Assembly: GCA_964230645.1 (NCBI GenBank)
Contig: CAXRHT010000001.1
Coordinates: forward strand, 512,001-576,000
Source: Bdellovibrionales bacterium
GTDB taxonomy: Bacteria > Bdellovibrionota > Bdellovibrionia > Bdellovibrionales > JAGQZY01
Direction of reading: 5' to 3'
Length of the DNA: 64,000 nucleotides
The translations under genes were made by a program, and so were the position numbers. Every line of letters begins with the position of its first letter. Positions within the stretch are counted from its first letter, which is position 1. Shown here in pieces: positions 38,495-46,956 of this stretch. The notes below the pieces were generated by a model. It did no database searches. It had not been told where the DNA came from and was given only the letters and a program-made list of their open reading frames with translations.

Positions 38495-39570
38495 TGATGA
38501 GCCTCCCTAATATAACGGGTCATATTTTCTCCTTGAGCGCGCAGAATTAATTCTGATTTATCAAATTCTAGGCTCAGTGGCTCCCCGTTTAGACGCAAAA
38601 ACACAACATGGGGGCGAGGGTTCTCGACTTTGTTGTTTGAAAACATACTGAGAAGATGAGCCTCGTAATCTTGGTGATAAACAATACTTTGAACATTGGC
38701 GACCAATGACATATCTTGCCCTTGAAAAACAATCTCATCATTTGATTTTAAAACGACCTTTTGCCATTTCGATTTTTCCGAGTCTTGTAAACTGTAGTGA
38801 ATGTCACAATCAGAACAAGGAACCAACTCCTCAAGCCCATCGATATCAAGTTTTTCCTTTGTGACATCATCGACAACAAATTGCTGGCTCGAGATCCCTT
38901 TGTCCATGATTGTGTTTGGCACATGAGTAAAGCCCAGTATATGGCCAATTTCATGTTTTAATAAATTTGTGAAACTATAGTGCTGGGTCCAAATGGGAAA
39001 ATGAATTCCATTTCCAAGGGAGTAGACTTCAGGACCTACAAAACGAATATAACCTTTGGACCAAGTGTAGTCGGTGCTCACGTGAGTTTTATTGACGTAA
39101 GCCACAGGGCGGGTCAGATTTTGTCTGGCTCTAAGATCCAGATGACTAGAAAATATAGGACCGGTTCCAAGATAGAGAACAAGGCTCTCACCTCCCTCGC
39201 ATTCATCTTTGATCAGGAACTGAGTATTAATTTTTTTATCACGCTTAAGGTTTATTTTTTTCAAGCGAAAGTAATCTTGCCAGTTCCCTACGACTTCATT
39301 TAATTGACTTCTAATCTGTGAAGAATCCAAACCAAAATCACTAGTGACATGAAAACAAGTGGAAATAGGATCAGTCCCATAAAACCAAGCGGTGTGCTTT
39401 CTAATATCGACATTATCCCCACCACCAAAACTATCACCACCGGCTGTGGGAGGACCCACAAAGGGCGATGAGGAACTTTCTGCGGAAAACAGTGTATTAA
39501 TCGGTACCAGTTGCGCATTTCCTAGTGAGCAGCCTAGGAAAATGGCGAGAAATAAAAAAACAGGTTTCAC
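38491..39570 (-). CDS. Secreted metzincin-type zinc metalloprotease
   Basis: Signal peptide, HEIGHILGFTH motif and Met-turn TIM. Confidence 0.75.
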   Translation of the reverse strand: MKPVFLFLAIFLGCSLGNAQLVPINTLFSAESSSSPFVGPPTAGGDSFGGGDNVDIRKHTAWFYGTDPISTCFHVTSDFGLDSSQIRSQLNEVVGNWQDYFRLKKINLKRDKKINTQFLIKDECEGGESLVLYLGTGPIFSSHLDLRARQNLTRPVAYVNKTHVSTDYTWSKGYIRFVGPEVYSLGNGIHFPIWTQHYSFTNLLKHEIGHILGFTHVPNTIMDKGISSQQFVVDDVTKEKLDIDGLEELVPCSDCDIHYSLQDSEKSKWQKVVLKSNDEIVFQGQDMSLVANVQSIVYHQDYEAHLLSMFSNNKVENPRPHVVFLRLNGEPLSLEFDKSELILRAQGENMTRYIREAHQ

Positions 39571-40382
39571 TTGATCTCCATAAAATCAACGATTAAAGCG
39601 GCCATCATTTCAGCTTCAGGTTCTTCTTCAAGATGATTGTTCAGGTCTACAATAAGAGCGACAAACCGCTTTTTAAACTCTTCAAAACTATTTTTAGGAA
39701 GAGTCATATAGCTTCCGTAATTGAGTGAATCATAGCCGATTTCGTCGTACTTTTTAATGATTTGCATTCTCGCTGTAATATTTGCATATTTTGCAAGAGG
39801 AGATTCTTTTTTAATATGAATACGTGTCTGCCCTTGAAATAACTCGCCTTGCTCATTCTCGCTAATAAGACCTTTTTCTTTTAGAAAGCCCAAGGCGGTG
39901 TCAAAATCTTTGACAGTGACTCCCATTTGTTTTCGCAGGTTCTTTTTATTTCTGAAGGCCGGGATATCAATGAGGTTTCTAATCTGCACATGATGGAAAT
40001 TATTAAAATAAGCAATCGCATCCTCTTGAGAAAGTTCATCATAGGACATTTGATTTTCAATCAACTTTGACTTTTCAACCAGCGCCTCTCGTTTGGATTG
40101 AAAGTACTTTTTTAATTCAAATGTCCCGGCACGATCCCACTCAACCAGCACCATAAAGTACTCCTGCTCAAGGGCATTATGCTTAAAAAATCGATTCAAT
40201 TTAAAGGCCTGCTCAAGGCTGAAAGTGGATTTGTCTTTAAGGACCTGCGAGACAAAACTGGGCTGACAGCCTAGATGCTCTGCCAATTGGGCTTTGGCGC
40301 CTCGGCCATACTCCGGCCTACGAAGTTTTAATTCAATATACTCTCGATAGTCAGAATAATCGTATATAATAATTTCAGACAC
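39567..40382 (-). CDS. TIGR02147 / DUF4423-family HTH protein
   Basis: IYDYSDYREYI...LAEHLGCQPSFVSQVLK...EQEYFMVLV pattern. GAGG RBS before GTG. Confidence 0.8.
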   Translation of the reverse strand: MSEIIIYDYSDYREYIELKLRRPEYGRGAKAQLAEHLGCQPSFVSQVLKDKSTFSLEQAFKLNRFFKHNALEQEYFMVLVEWDRAGTFELKKYFQSKREALVEKSKLIENQMSYDELSQEDAIAYFNNFHHVQIRNLIDIPAFRNKKNLRKQMGVTVKDFDTALGFLKEKGLISENEQGELFQGQTRIHIKKESPLAKYANITARMQIIKKYDEIGYDSLNYGSYMTLPKNSFEEFKKRFVALIVDLNNHLEEEPEAEMMAALIVDFMEIK

Positions 40383-40517
40383 TTAGACCTCTTTTTTAAC
40401 AAGATCCTTCACTTTATCCTCTTTTCTCTAGGAATAAAACCCATTTCCCCCCCCCTTCCACAAGGATAAAATTTACCCAGGGATTCATCTAGGTCTACAA
40501 GGACGGTTCTGATTTCA

Positions 40518-41414
40518 TCAAAACGAAGATTGCGCAAGCCACTGCAACAGGGCTTCGTGGGCTGAGTTTTGGAACTGATTTTTAAAGTAAATCATCCAGG
40601 TGGGCCCTTTTAGTTTTTTCTTCGAAGGTTGAAATACAAAACTTTTTTCCAAAACTTTTTTTGTCACCAGATACTTCGGCACAATGGCAAAACCAAGGCC
40701 TTGCGAAACAAGCTCCAAGAGCATCTCCGATGAGGCTCCATAAATGCGGGCCTCACTGCCTCGATATTTTTTACCGTAGTGAATCTTATACCAACGAGGT
40801 AAAAGTTGATGAGATTTATAGTATTCGATCGAGGGTAAAGAAACTATGTCTTCTTCAGAAAACTCGTTGTGATAAAAAGTTTTAGGAACAAGTGCTACTA
40901 GCTCATTTTCAAAAACTTTTTTCGACTCCATTCCTCTTTTTCTCCCCTGGTAAGGAAAAATCGAAAAGCACAAATCAAGTCGTCCTTGTTCTACCAAATT
41001 CAGTAGGCGCGAGGGCGAGTCGAAAATCATTCTTATTTGCACCTTTTTATTTTCTCTACAAAAGTTTTCAATTTTTGGAACAAGATGATGTTTAGCAAAT
41101 TCGAAGTTAGAGCCTATACGCACGCTTCCTTCTAAATCAAAGAACTCGCCTCGAATACCCTTCAAACAATGTCCAAGGTCGAATTCATAATTTTCAAAAA
41201 GTTGAGAAATCTTACGAGCGTCATCCGTTGGGTAAAGATGGCGCCCTTTACGTAAAAAGAGTTTTAAATCCATCTGATATTCTAAGACAGATAAAGCCTG
41301 ACTGATGGCCGAGCGGGTCAGACCGAGTTCCTCCCCCGCCCGCTGGTGACTACCGTTGTTCACCACGGCTCTGAGAATACGTATTTTGTTTAAATCGACA
41401 TTGTTTAAATTCAT
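40518..41414 (-). CDS. LysR-family transcriptional regulator, divergent from the folate operon
   Basis: N-terminal HTH AGEELGLTRSAISQALSVLE...LFLR. 298 aa. Confidence 0.9.
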   Translation of the reverse strand: MNLNNVDLNKIRILRAVVNNGSHQRAGEELGLTRSAISQALSVLEYQMDLKLFLRKGRHLYPTDDARKISQLFENYEFDLGHCLKGIRGEFFDLEGSVRIGSNFEFAKHHLVPKIENFCRENKKVQIRMIFDSPSRLLNLVEQGRLDLCFSIFPYQGRKRGMESKKVFENELVALVPKTFYHNEFSEEDIVSLPSIEYYKSHQLLPRWYKIHYGKKYRGSEARIYGASSEMLLELVSQGLGFAIVPKYLVTKKVLEKSFVFQPSKKKLKGPTWMIYFKNQFQNSAHEALLQWLAQSSF

Positions 41415-41495
41415 TAAACAATTGAATTAGTTCATTTAACTTTACTAATCAATACTTTTCCCGCTTACTGCACACCTCAACGAAGAGGAGAAAAT

Positions 41496-42158
41496 ATGAC
41501 ACTCTCAAGCAAAATAAAAAAAGCCACTGCAAACCAGCAACTGCTCAACCACCCCTTTTATCAAGACTGGAACCAGGGGAAATTGTCCTTGGACACCTTA
41601 AAAACTTATGCCGGTCAGTACTACTATCACGTCGACAGCTTTCCTCGATACATTAGCGCCACCCATTCCCAGTGTGAAAACATCAACAATCGGAAAATAC
41701 TCCTAGAAAATTTAATGGAGGAAGATGGAATCGAGGCAAGAGCTCATATCCACCTGTGGGCTGACTTCTGCAGGGCTCTCGGTTACTCCGACCAAGAACT
41801 TGGCCAAGACGAACCTTTTGAGTCTATCAAAGACATTATCGAAACTTTTTTTGAGAGCGCCTACTCCTCCTATGAAGAAGGACTTGCAGCTCTGTATGCC
41901 TACGAAAGACAGGTTCCAGAAGTTGCTGAAACAAAAATCGAGGGCCTTAAAAAATTCTATAATATGGACAACCACAAAGCACTGGCTTTTTTTGAGGTCC
42001 ACAAACAGGCCGACATCTACCACCGCAAAGCCTGTGAAGATCTCTTAGACCAAATTCCTGAGAAAAAGCATGATCTCTGCCTTAAATCGGCAAAAGAAGC
42101 CTCTCAATCACTCTGGAACTTTTTAACGGAAGCCCATCGCCTAGAGAAGGTCGCATAG
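41496..42158 (+). CDS. CADD/CT610-like heme-oxygenase-like diiron protein, putative self-sacrificing pABA synthase
   Basis: LLNHPFYQDW, YAGQYY, ENLMEE...HIHLW, YAYERQVPEVAETKIEGL and FFEVHKQADIYH motifs. First gene of a fol operon. Confidence 0.88.
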   Translation: MTLSSKIKKATANQQLLNHPFYQDWNQGKLSLDTLKTYAGQYYYHVDSFPRYISATHSQCENINNRKILLENLMEEDGIEARAHIHLWADFCRALGYSDQELGQDEPFESIKDIIETFFESAYSSYEEGLAALYAYERQVPEVAETKIEGLKKFYNMDNHKALAFFEVHKQADIYHRKACEDLLDQIPEKKHDLCLKSAKEASQSLWNFLTEAHRLEKVA

Positions 42159-42529
42159 TGCACTCTCAACTTTCAATCCATTCCTATGTGACAAAAGTCT
42201 CTCTTGGATGTTCTCAAGAGGAACGCTCTTCTCCTCAAGAGGTGATTTTCGATATTCATTTTCCGTTTAAGGAACCTCCTCCTGGCGAAATAACCGACAG
42301 GCTTACAGACACCCTTTGTTATGGAGAGGTTTGTGAGCTTGTTGAAAAAACAATAGAAAACAAGAGTTTTCATCTTGTTGAACATATCGCTTGCAAAATA
42401 TCTCATGAACTTAAAATGCATTTTGCAATGAGACCCTTTCATCTTAAGGTTCATAAAGTGAGCCCCCCTATTGAAAGACTCAAAGGAGGAGTCACCTATG
42501 AAATTTTCTATTCCCCAGAAGAAGGCTAA
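42158..42529 (+). CDS. folB: Dihydroneopterin aldolase
   Basis: LGCSQEER...Q.V..DI, DTLCYGEV, LVEHIA and KVSPPI motifs. 1-nt overlap with the CADD stop. Confidence 0.85.
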   Translation: MHSQLSIHSYVTKVSLGCSQEERSSPQEVIFDIHFPFKEPPPGEITDRLTDTLCYGEVCELVEKTIENKSFHLVEHIACKISHELKMHFAMRPFHLKVHKVSPPIERLKGGVTYEIFYSPEEG

Positions 42530-43760
42530 ATTTCTTTCTCTTGGAAGCAATCAAGGCAACCGCAGAGAGAACCTTATTTTTGCTCTAGATGAAATCAATA
42601 AAGTGGCTCTGATTAAACGACAGTCATCTGTCTATGAAACACCTGCACTACTACCTACAGGAGCTCCGTCAGACTGGAATCGTCCCTTTCTCAATTTGGC
42701 TGTTGAAATCTCAACTGATCGGAGTGCAGAGGATTTCTTACAGATCATCCAAACAATCGAAAAAAAAAGGGACCGAGTCAAAAATAAGAGATGGGCTCCC
42801 CGCCCATTAGATATTGATATACTCCTATGGGACAATGTCGAGATCAATAGTTCTCACTTAAAAATACCTCATCCTGAAATGAATAGACGCTCCTTTGTTC
42901 TCGACCCTTTAAAGGATCTTTCCGCACAGTTTATTACAGCCGCTCGGCGTCTGAGAACTCACTGCCCCCAACTCATGGGAATAGTGAATGTAACACCTGA
43001 CTCATTTTCTGATGGTGGAGAGTTTTTTTCTTATGAGAATTTTTCTCGATGTCTCGATCTTTTAGTGGAAAATTGTGTTGATATCATTGATATCGGTGCG
43101 GAATCGACCTGCCCTGGGGCAACGCCTCTTACCTCTGAGCAGGAATGGATAAGACTCAAACCTTTTTTAGAAAAATTGGCGCCTCTTAAAAATGATCGAA
43201 AGCTCTTCCCACTGATTAGCCTGGACACCTACCATCCAGAAACCGCAAAAAAAGCGATCCCTTATGGAGTTAATATAATCAATGATGTCAGTGGGTTGAA
43301 TGATCCCGAAATGATCTCAGTTTTAAAAGACTCAAATCTTGACTATGTACTCAGTCACAGTCTTGATATTCCTGCAAATCCTGAAAACCACATCGAAGGA
43401 GACCCTATCGACTATTTAAAAATTTGGCTCGAATCGAAATGGGATGTCCTTCAGAGAAACAATATCAACGCTGACCGTATTATTTTTGATCCTGGAATTG
43501 GTTTTGGCAAAAGTTCTCTACAGTCCCAAGAAATTATTAAAAATATGTCAAAGTTTAGAGAACTTCCATTTCGAATTCTAGTCGGTCATTCTCGAAAATC
43601 TTTCTTCTCTACATTCACCCCTGCACCGCCGCAAGAAAGAGACATCGAGACGATTGGCACCTCGATGGCCTTGCTCGATCAAGGGGTCGATATACTTCGT
43701 GTTCATGATGTGAAAAACCATAGAAAAGCGATAAGGGGTTGGCTCCATGCTCGCAGTTAA
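42498..43760 (+). CDS. folKP: Bifunctional HPPK-dihydropteroate synthase (FolK-FolP fusion)
   Basis: FolK motifs LSLGSNQG, SSVYET, WAPRPLDIDIL and IPHP. FolP motifs GIVNVTPDSFSDGG, DPGIGFGK, GHSRKS and RVHDV. GGAGGA RBS. Confidence 0.93.
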   Translation: MKFSIPQKKAKFLSLGSNQGNRRENLIFALDEINKVALIKRQSSVYETPALLPTGAPSDWNRPFLNLAVEISTDRSAEDFLQIIQTIEKKRDRVKNKRWAPRPLDIDILLWDNVEINSSHLKIPHPEMNRRSFVLDPLKDLSAQFITAARRLRTHCPQLMGIVNVTPDSFSDGGEFFSYENFSRCLDLLVENCVDIIDIGAESTCPGATPLTSEQEWIRLKPFLEKLAPLKNDRKLFPLISLDTYHPETAKKAIPYGVNIINDVSGLNDPEMISVLKDSNLDYVLSHSLDIPANPENHIEGDPIDYLKIWLESKWDVLQRNNINADRIIFDPGIGFGKSSLQSQEIIKNMSKFRELPFRILVGHSRKSFFSTFTPAPPQERDIETIGTSMALLDQGVDILRVHDVKNHRKAIRGWLHARS

Positions 43761-44472
43761 AGCCTACAAAACAAAGATTTTTGGTCTTGGTGAAAACCTT
43801 ATCGACTTTATTATTGGTGAGATTGGTAATGAAATCCAGGAAGAACATGTTCTGGCAATCACTTCAAAAATTGTTTCGCTTTGGGTGAAGCGAGTGATTC
43901 CTAAACACGAGATCAGTAAAGAGGCTCTTATTCGCAAAGAAGCGGACCAGTATTTGGGATGCACCGAATATGGTGTCCACCTTACCTTAAAAGAAAATCA
44001 AATTTTTCCCTCTAGTGGCATTGACGAATCCAACTGCCAAGGCGACTACTGGATTCTTTTTCCAAAAGATCCTTATAGAGTGGCTGAGAAAATTTTAGAG
44101 GAAGTAAAAAAACGGCTAAAATTGGATCGGTTGGGAATTATAATCACCGATTCAAAGACCACTCCACTAAGAAGAGGAGTTACGGGCACGGCCCTAGCCT
44201 ACGCCGGCTTTCAAGGTGTGATTAACAAACGGGGAAGCCTTGATCTTTTTGATCGCCCTCTTAAAGTAACCGAAATAAACCAAGCGGATGCACTAGCGGC
44301 AGCCGCCGTACTCTTAATGGGAGAAGGGGCTGAAGGTAAACCATTAGCCCTTATAAAAACAGAGGTGAGCTTTAAAAAGGTTTCCGCAAAAGAAATTCAA
44401 ATATCCCCCAAGGAAGATCTCTATTCCCCTCTTTTTCCCTATAGTCATCCTGAGCGCAGCGAAGGATCTTAG
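43747..44472 (+). CDS. CofE-like gamma-glutamyl ligase (CT611/FolC2-type alternative folylpolyglutamate synthase)
   Basis: ITSKIVS, PSSGIDESN, ITDSKTTPLRRGVTG, DLFDRPLKVT, LMGEGAE and EDLY motifs. Confidence 0.85.
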   Translation: MLAVKAYKTKIFGLGENLIDFIIGEIGNEIQEEHVLAITSKIVSLWVKRVIPKHEISKEALIRKEADQYLGCTEYGVHLTLKENQIFPSSGIDESNCQGDYWILFPKDPYRVAEKILEEVKKRLKLDRLGIIITDSKTTPLRRGVTGTALAYAGFQGVINKRGSLDLFDRPLKVTEINQADALAAAAVLLMGEGAEGKPLALIKTEVSFKKVSAKEIQISPKEDLYSPLFPYSHPERSEGS

Positions 44473-44553
44473 ATCTTTCGCTTCGCTCAAGACGACATGT
44501 TTTCGCTCAAGATGACATGTTTTCGCTCAAGACGACACAAATCCACTCAAGAT
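44444..44553. repeat. GTCATCCTGAGC-type palindromic REP followed by a 20-bp tandem repeat of its right arm
   Basis: GTCATCCTGAGCGCAGCGAAGGATCT-T-AGATCTTTCGCTTCGCTCAAGACGAC. Units TTCGCTCAAGAYGACATGTT start at 44482, 44502 and 44522 (partial), with a decayed one at 44542. Confidence 0.85.
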
Positions 44554-44556
44554 GGG

Positions 44557-45060
44557 TTAGTTGCGGATATTTTTTAGTTTATTAATATACTTCTTTAATT
44601 TTGCTTTATAAGAGCCGTCAGGAGCCCAGCCCACAAATTGAGCCACAAGATCCCCATTACTGAAGAAATAGAACTGAGGGGTTGATGTGAAGTCGAGTTG
44701 ACTGAAAGACTCACCCTCCTTTACCGGTACATGGATTAATTCATGATGTTCATTGTTCCATTCCCGGATGGCTTCAAAATCACTGGCCGCAAGAGAGTCT
44801 CTGACCTTTGTGAGTATTAGGCCATGCTGATTGATATAGTTCTTGGTCTCTTGATCGATCTGGCTTAGAGCCTTTCGGCTGAAATGACAATGGGGGTGAG
44901 CAATAATAACAATTTTCTCCTTCTTTAGATAAAGAGGCTCAACATCCTGGGAGCGAAGTGCATAGTCTTTAGGAGCGCTGGCACATTCAAGAATCAAACA
45001 GCAAGGGAGCATAACTTTTAGAAATAGGGATTTTTTCAAGATTTTGATGTCACACCTCAT
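44557..45060 (-). CDS. Hypothetical exported protein, thioredoxin-like fold with a single-Cys HPHCHFS motif
   Basis: xPxCxFS motif and TPQFYFF..G.LV...VGW cis-Pro strand pattern. Confidence 0.55.
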   Translation of the reverse strand: MRCDIKILKKSLFLKVMLPCCLILECASAPKDYALRSQDVEPLYLKKEKIVIIAHPHCHFSRKALSQIDQETKNYINQHGLILTKVRDSLAASDFEAIREWNNEHHELIHVPVKEGESFSQLDFTSTPQFYFFSNGDLVAQFVGWAPDGSYKAKLKKYINKLKNIRN

Positions 45061-45162
45061 GTTTAAGATAATTATGACGAGGAATGAAAAAAAGTTAAGG
45101 ATTAGAGCAAAGAGTCATTTTGTACTAGAAAAGTTTCTTATCGGTTACTATATCTAAGAATT

Positions 45163-46593
45163 ATGCCAATGAGAATTTTAATGCTGGGGTTCCCCCCACT
45201 CCTCTTACTATTTGAAGCTCTAATGGGGCTCTCCCACCAACTTGAAAATCCAAGTATGGGATTGGTCCTCTTTATGGCGGCTTGGATGGTACTTTGGTGG
45301 ATTTTTGAAATTCTCCCCTTGGGAATCACGGCGCTAGTCCCCCTCTTCTTCCTGCCTTTTTTTAACATACAGGAAATAGGAAGTGTCACACCCTCTTACT
45401 CCAATCCTGTGATCTTTCTTTTTCTTGGAGGCTTTATTATCGCTAGAGCTCTAGAAAAAACTCAACTGGATGAGCGTTTGGCGTTGAATATTCTAAAGAT
45501 CACAGGTCGCACTGACCAGGGAATCATTCTTGGATTTGTATTAGCGACTGCTTTTCTCAGTATGTGGATCTCGAACACAGCCACCACAGTTATGATGGTA
45601 CCCATTGCTCTGTCGGTGCTGCATTTTTTGCGAGATCAACTTGGGAAATCAAACAATTTACAAAATTTCGCTATTGTTCTTTTTCTAAGCCTTGCCTACT
45701 CCGCTAATATTGGTGGCATAATGACTCCCGTTGGAACTCCGCCGAACGTTGTTTTTCTAGGCTTTTTGGATGAACTGTACTCGAAAAAAATAGATTTCTG
45801 GCGCTGGTTAGTAGCCACAGCCCCGGTCGCTCTTACTCTTCTTGCTGTAATGTTCGGTTTTCTGAGGTGGCTCAATCCCTTTACCCTTCCCATTCCGAAA
45901 GATTTTAAAACCTTCATTGGTGAAAGATTAAGAAGTCAGGGAAATCTTTCGGCCGAACAAAAAATAACTATCGCTCTTTTCTTTTTGGCCGCTTTTTTAT
46001 GGATTTTCAAAGGCCTTATCCATTATGTCTTTGCCATCGAATTTTTAAATGATGCCTCGATTGCGATCTTTTGTGGTTTTTTGCTATTTGCCATTCCCTC
46101 ATCCATCAAAACCTATAATACGGTGCTAAAATTAGAGGACGTCTCAAAGCTCCCATGGGATATCGTCCTTCTTTTTGGGGGCGGAATGGCTTTGGCGGGT
46201 GCCTTAAAAGATCAAGGCCTCATTCAGCTTGTCACTCGCTTTTTTACTGAGTTTGGCTTTTCCCACCCCTATTTTTTAATTTTTAGTTTGGCCGCTGTGG
46301 TGCTCTTCTTGACTGAGATCATGAGCAATGTCGCTTTGTGTGTTGTCGCTCTTCCCGTGCTGATGAAACTCGGAGAGTCGCAAGGGCTTGATCCCTTTTT
46401 AGTGGCACTGCCTGCCGCCCTGTGTTCGAGCTATGCTTTTTCAATGCCTGTTTCAACACCTCCCAATGCTATTGTTTTTGGGACTGGAGCTATTAGGATT
46501 CAAGACATGCTAAGAGCCGGAATACTTCTCAATTTCATTGCACTTTTTATAACCATGACTCTTGGGCACCTGCTTACATTTAAGATATTCTAA
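45163..46593 (+). CDS. SLC13/DASS family di/tricarboxylate or sulfate symporter
   Basis: LSMWISNTAT, GTPPN, LFGGGMALA, TEIMSN and STPPNAIVF motifs. Confidence 0.92.
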   Translation: MPMRILMLGFPPLLLLFEALMGLSHQLENPSMGLVLFMAAWMVLWWIFEILPLGITALVPLFFLPFFNIQEIGSVTPSYSNPVIFLFLGGFIIARALEKTQLDERLALNILKITGRTDQGIILGFVLATAFLSMWISNTATTVMMVPIALSVLHFLRDQLGKSNNLQNFAIVLFLSLAYSANIGGIMTPVGTPPNVVFLGFLDELYSKKIDFWRWLVATAPVALTLLAVMFGFLRWLNPFTLPIPKDFKTFIGERLRSQGNLSAEQKITIALFFLAAFLWIFKGLIHYVFAIEFLNDASIAIFCGFLLFAIPSSIKTYNTVLKLEDVSKLPWDIVLLFGGGMALAGALKDQGLIQLVTRFFTEFGFSHPYFLIFSLAAVVLFLTEIMSNVALCVVALPVLMKLGESQGLDPFLVALPAALCSSYAFSMPVSTPPNAIVFGTGAIRIQDMLRAGILLNFIALFITMTLGHLLTFKIF

Positions 46594-46719
46594 TAAAGGC
46601 ACTATCAGCTAGTTTTCAATATCCGCCCAAGCCTTTGTAAATCCTTCCTTTACCTATAGATTTATTTTTTTCATTGGCTCTACTCTCCAGCAGTACTAGA
46701 ACAGGTTGTTATTTTAGAT

Positions 46720-46956
46720 ATGAAGCTCAGTGATTTAAAGAAATTTGAAAAAGCCAAAGTGTTAAGTGTCGACCTGGACCACCAAGCCGTACGCAAGCGC
46801 TTATCCGATCTTGGTCTGCAGCAAGGGCAAGAAGTGACCTGTCTTGTGGGCTCTCCATGGGGCGGAGTGGGCTCTTATCAACTCACAAATGGCGTTTTCG
46901 CTCTAGAAGACTGGATCTGTAAGAAAGTTCAAGTAGAGAAGGTCGACTCCAAATGA
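46720..46956 (+). CDS. feoA: Ferrous iron transport protein A
   Basis: RKRLSDLGL..G..V...SPWG motif. ATGA overlap with feoB. Confidence 0.85.
   Translation: MKLSDLKKFEKAKVLSVDLDHQAVRKRLSDLGLQQGQEVTCLVGSPWGGVGSYQLTNGVFALEDWICKKVQVEKVDSK

Noticed and set aside
41496..42158. PqqC or TenA assignment
   Set aside because: No pqq or thiamine genes are adjacent. Folate context and CADD-specific residues fit the CT610 type.
43747..44472. Coenzyme F420 biosynthesis (cofE)
   Set aside because: No other cof/fbi genes are in the window, and its position after folKP fits a folate glutamyl ligase.
44482..44553. Possible CRISPR array
   Set aside because: The units are contiguous 20-bp tandem repeats with no unique spacers, and no cas genes are nearby.
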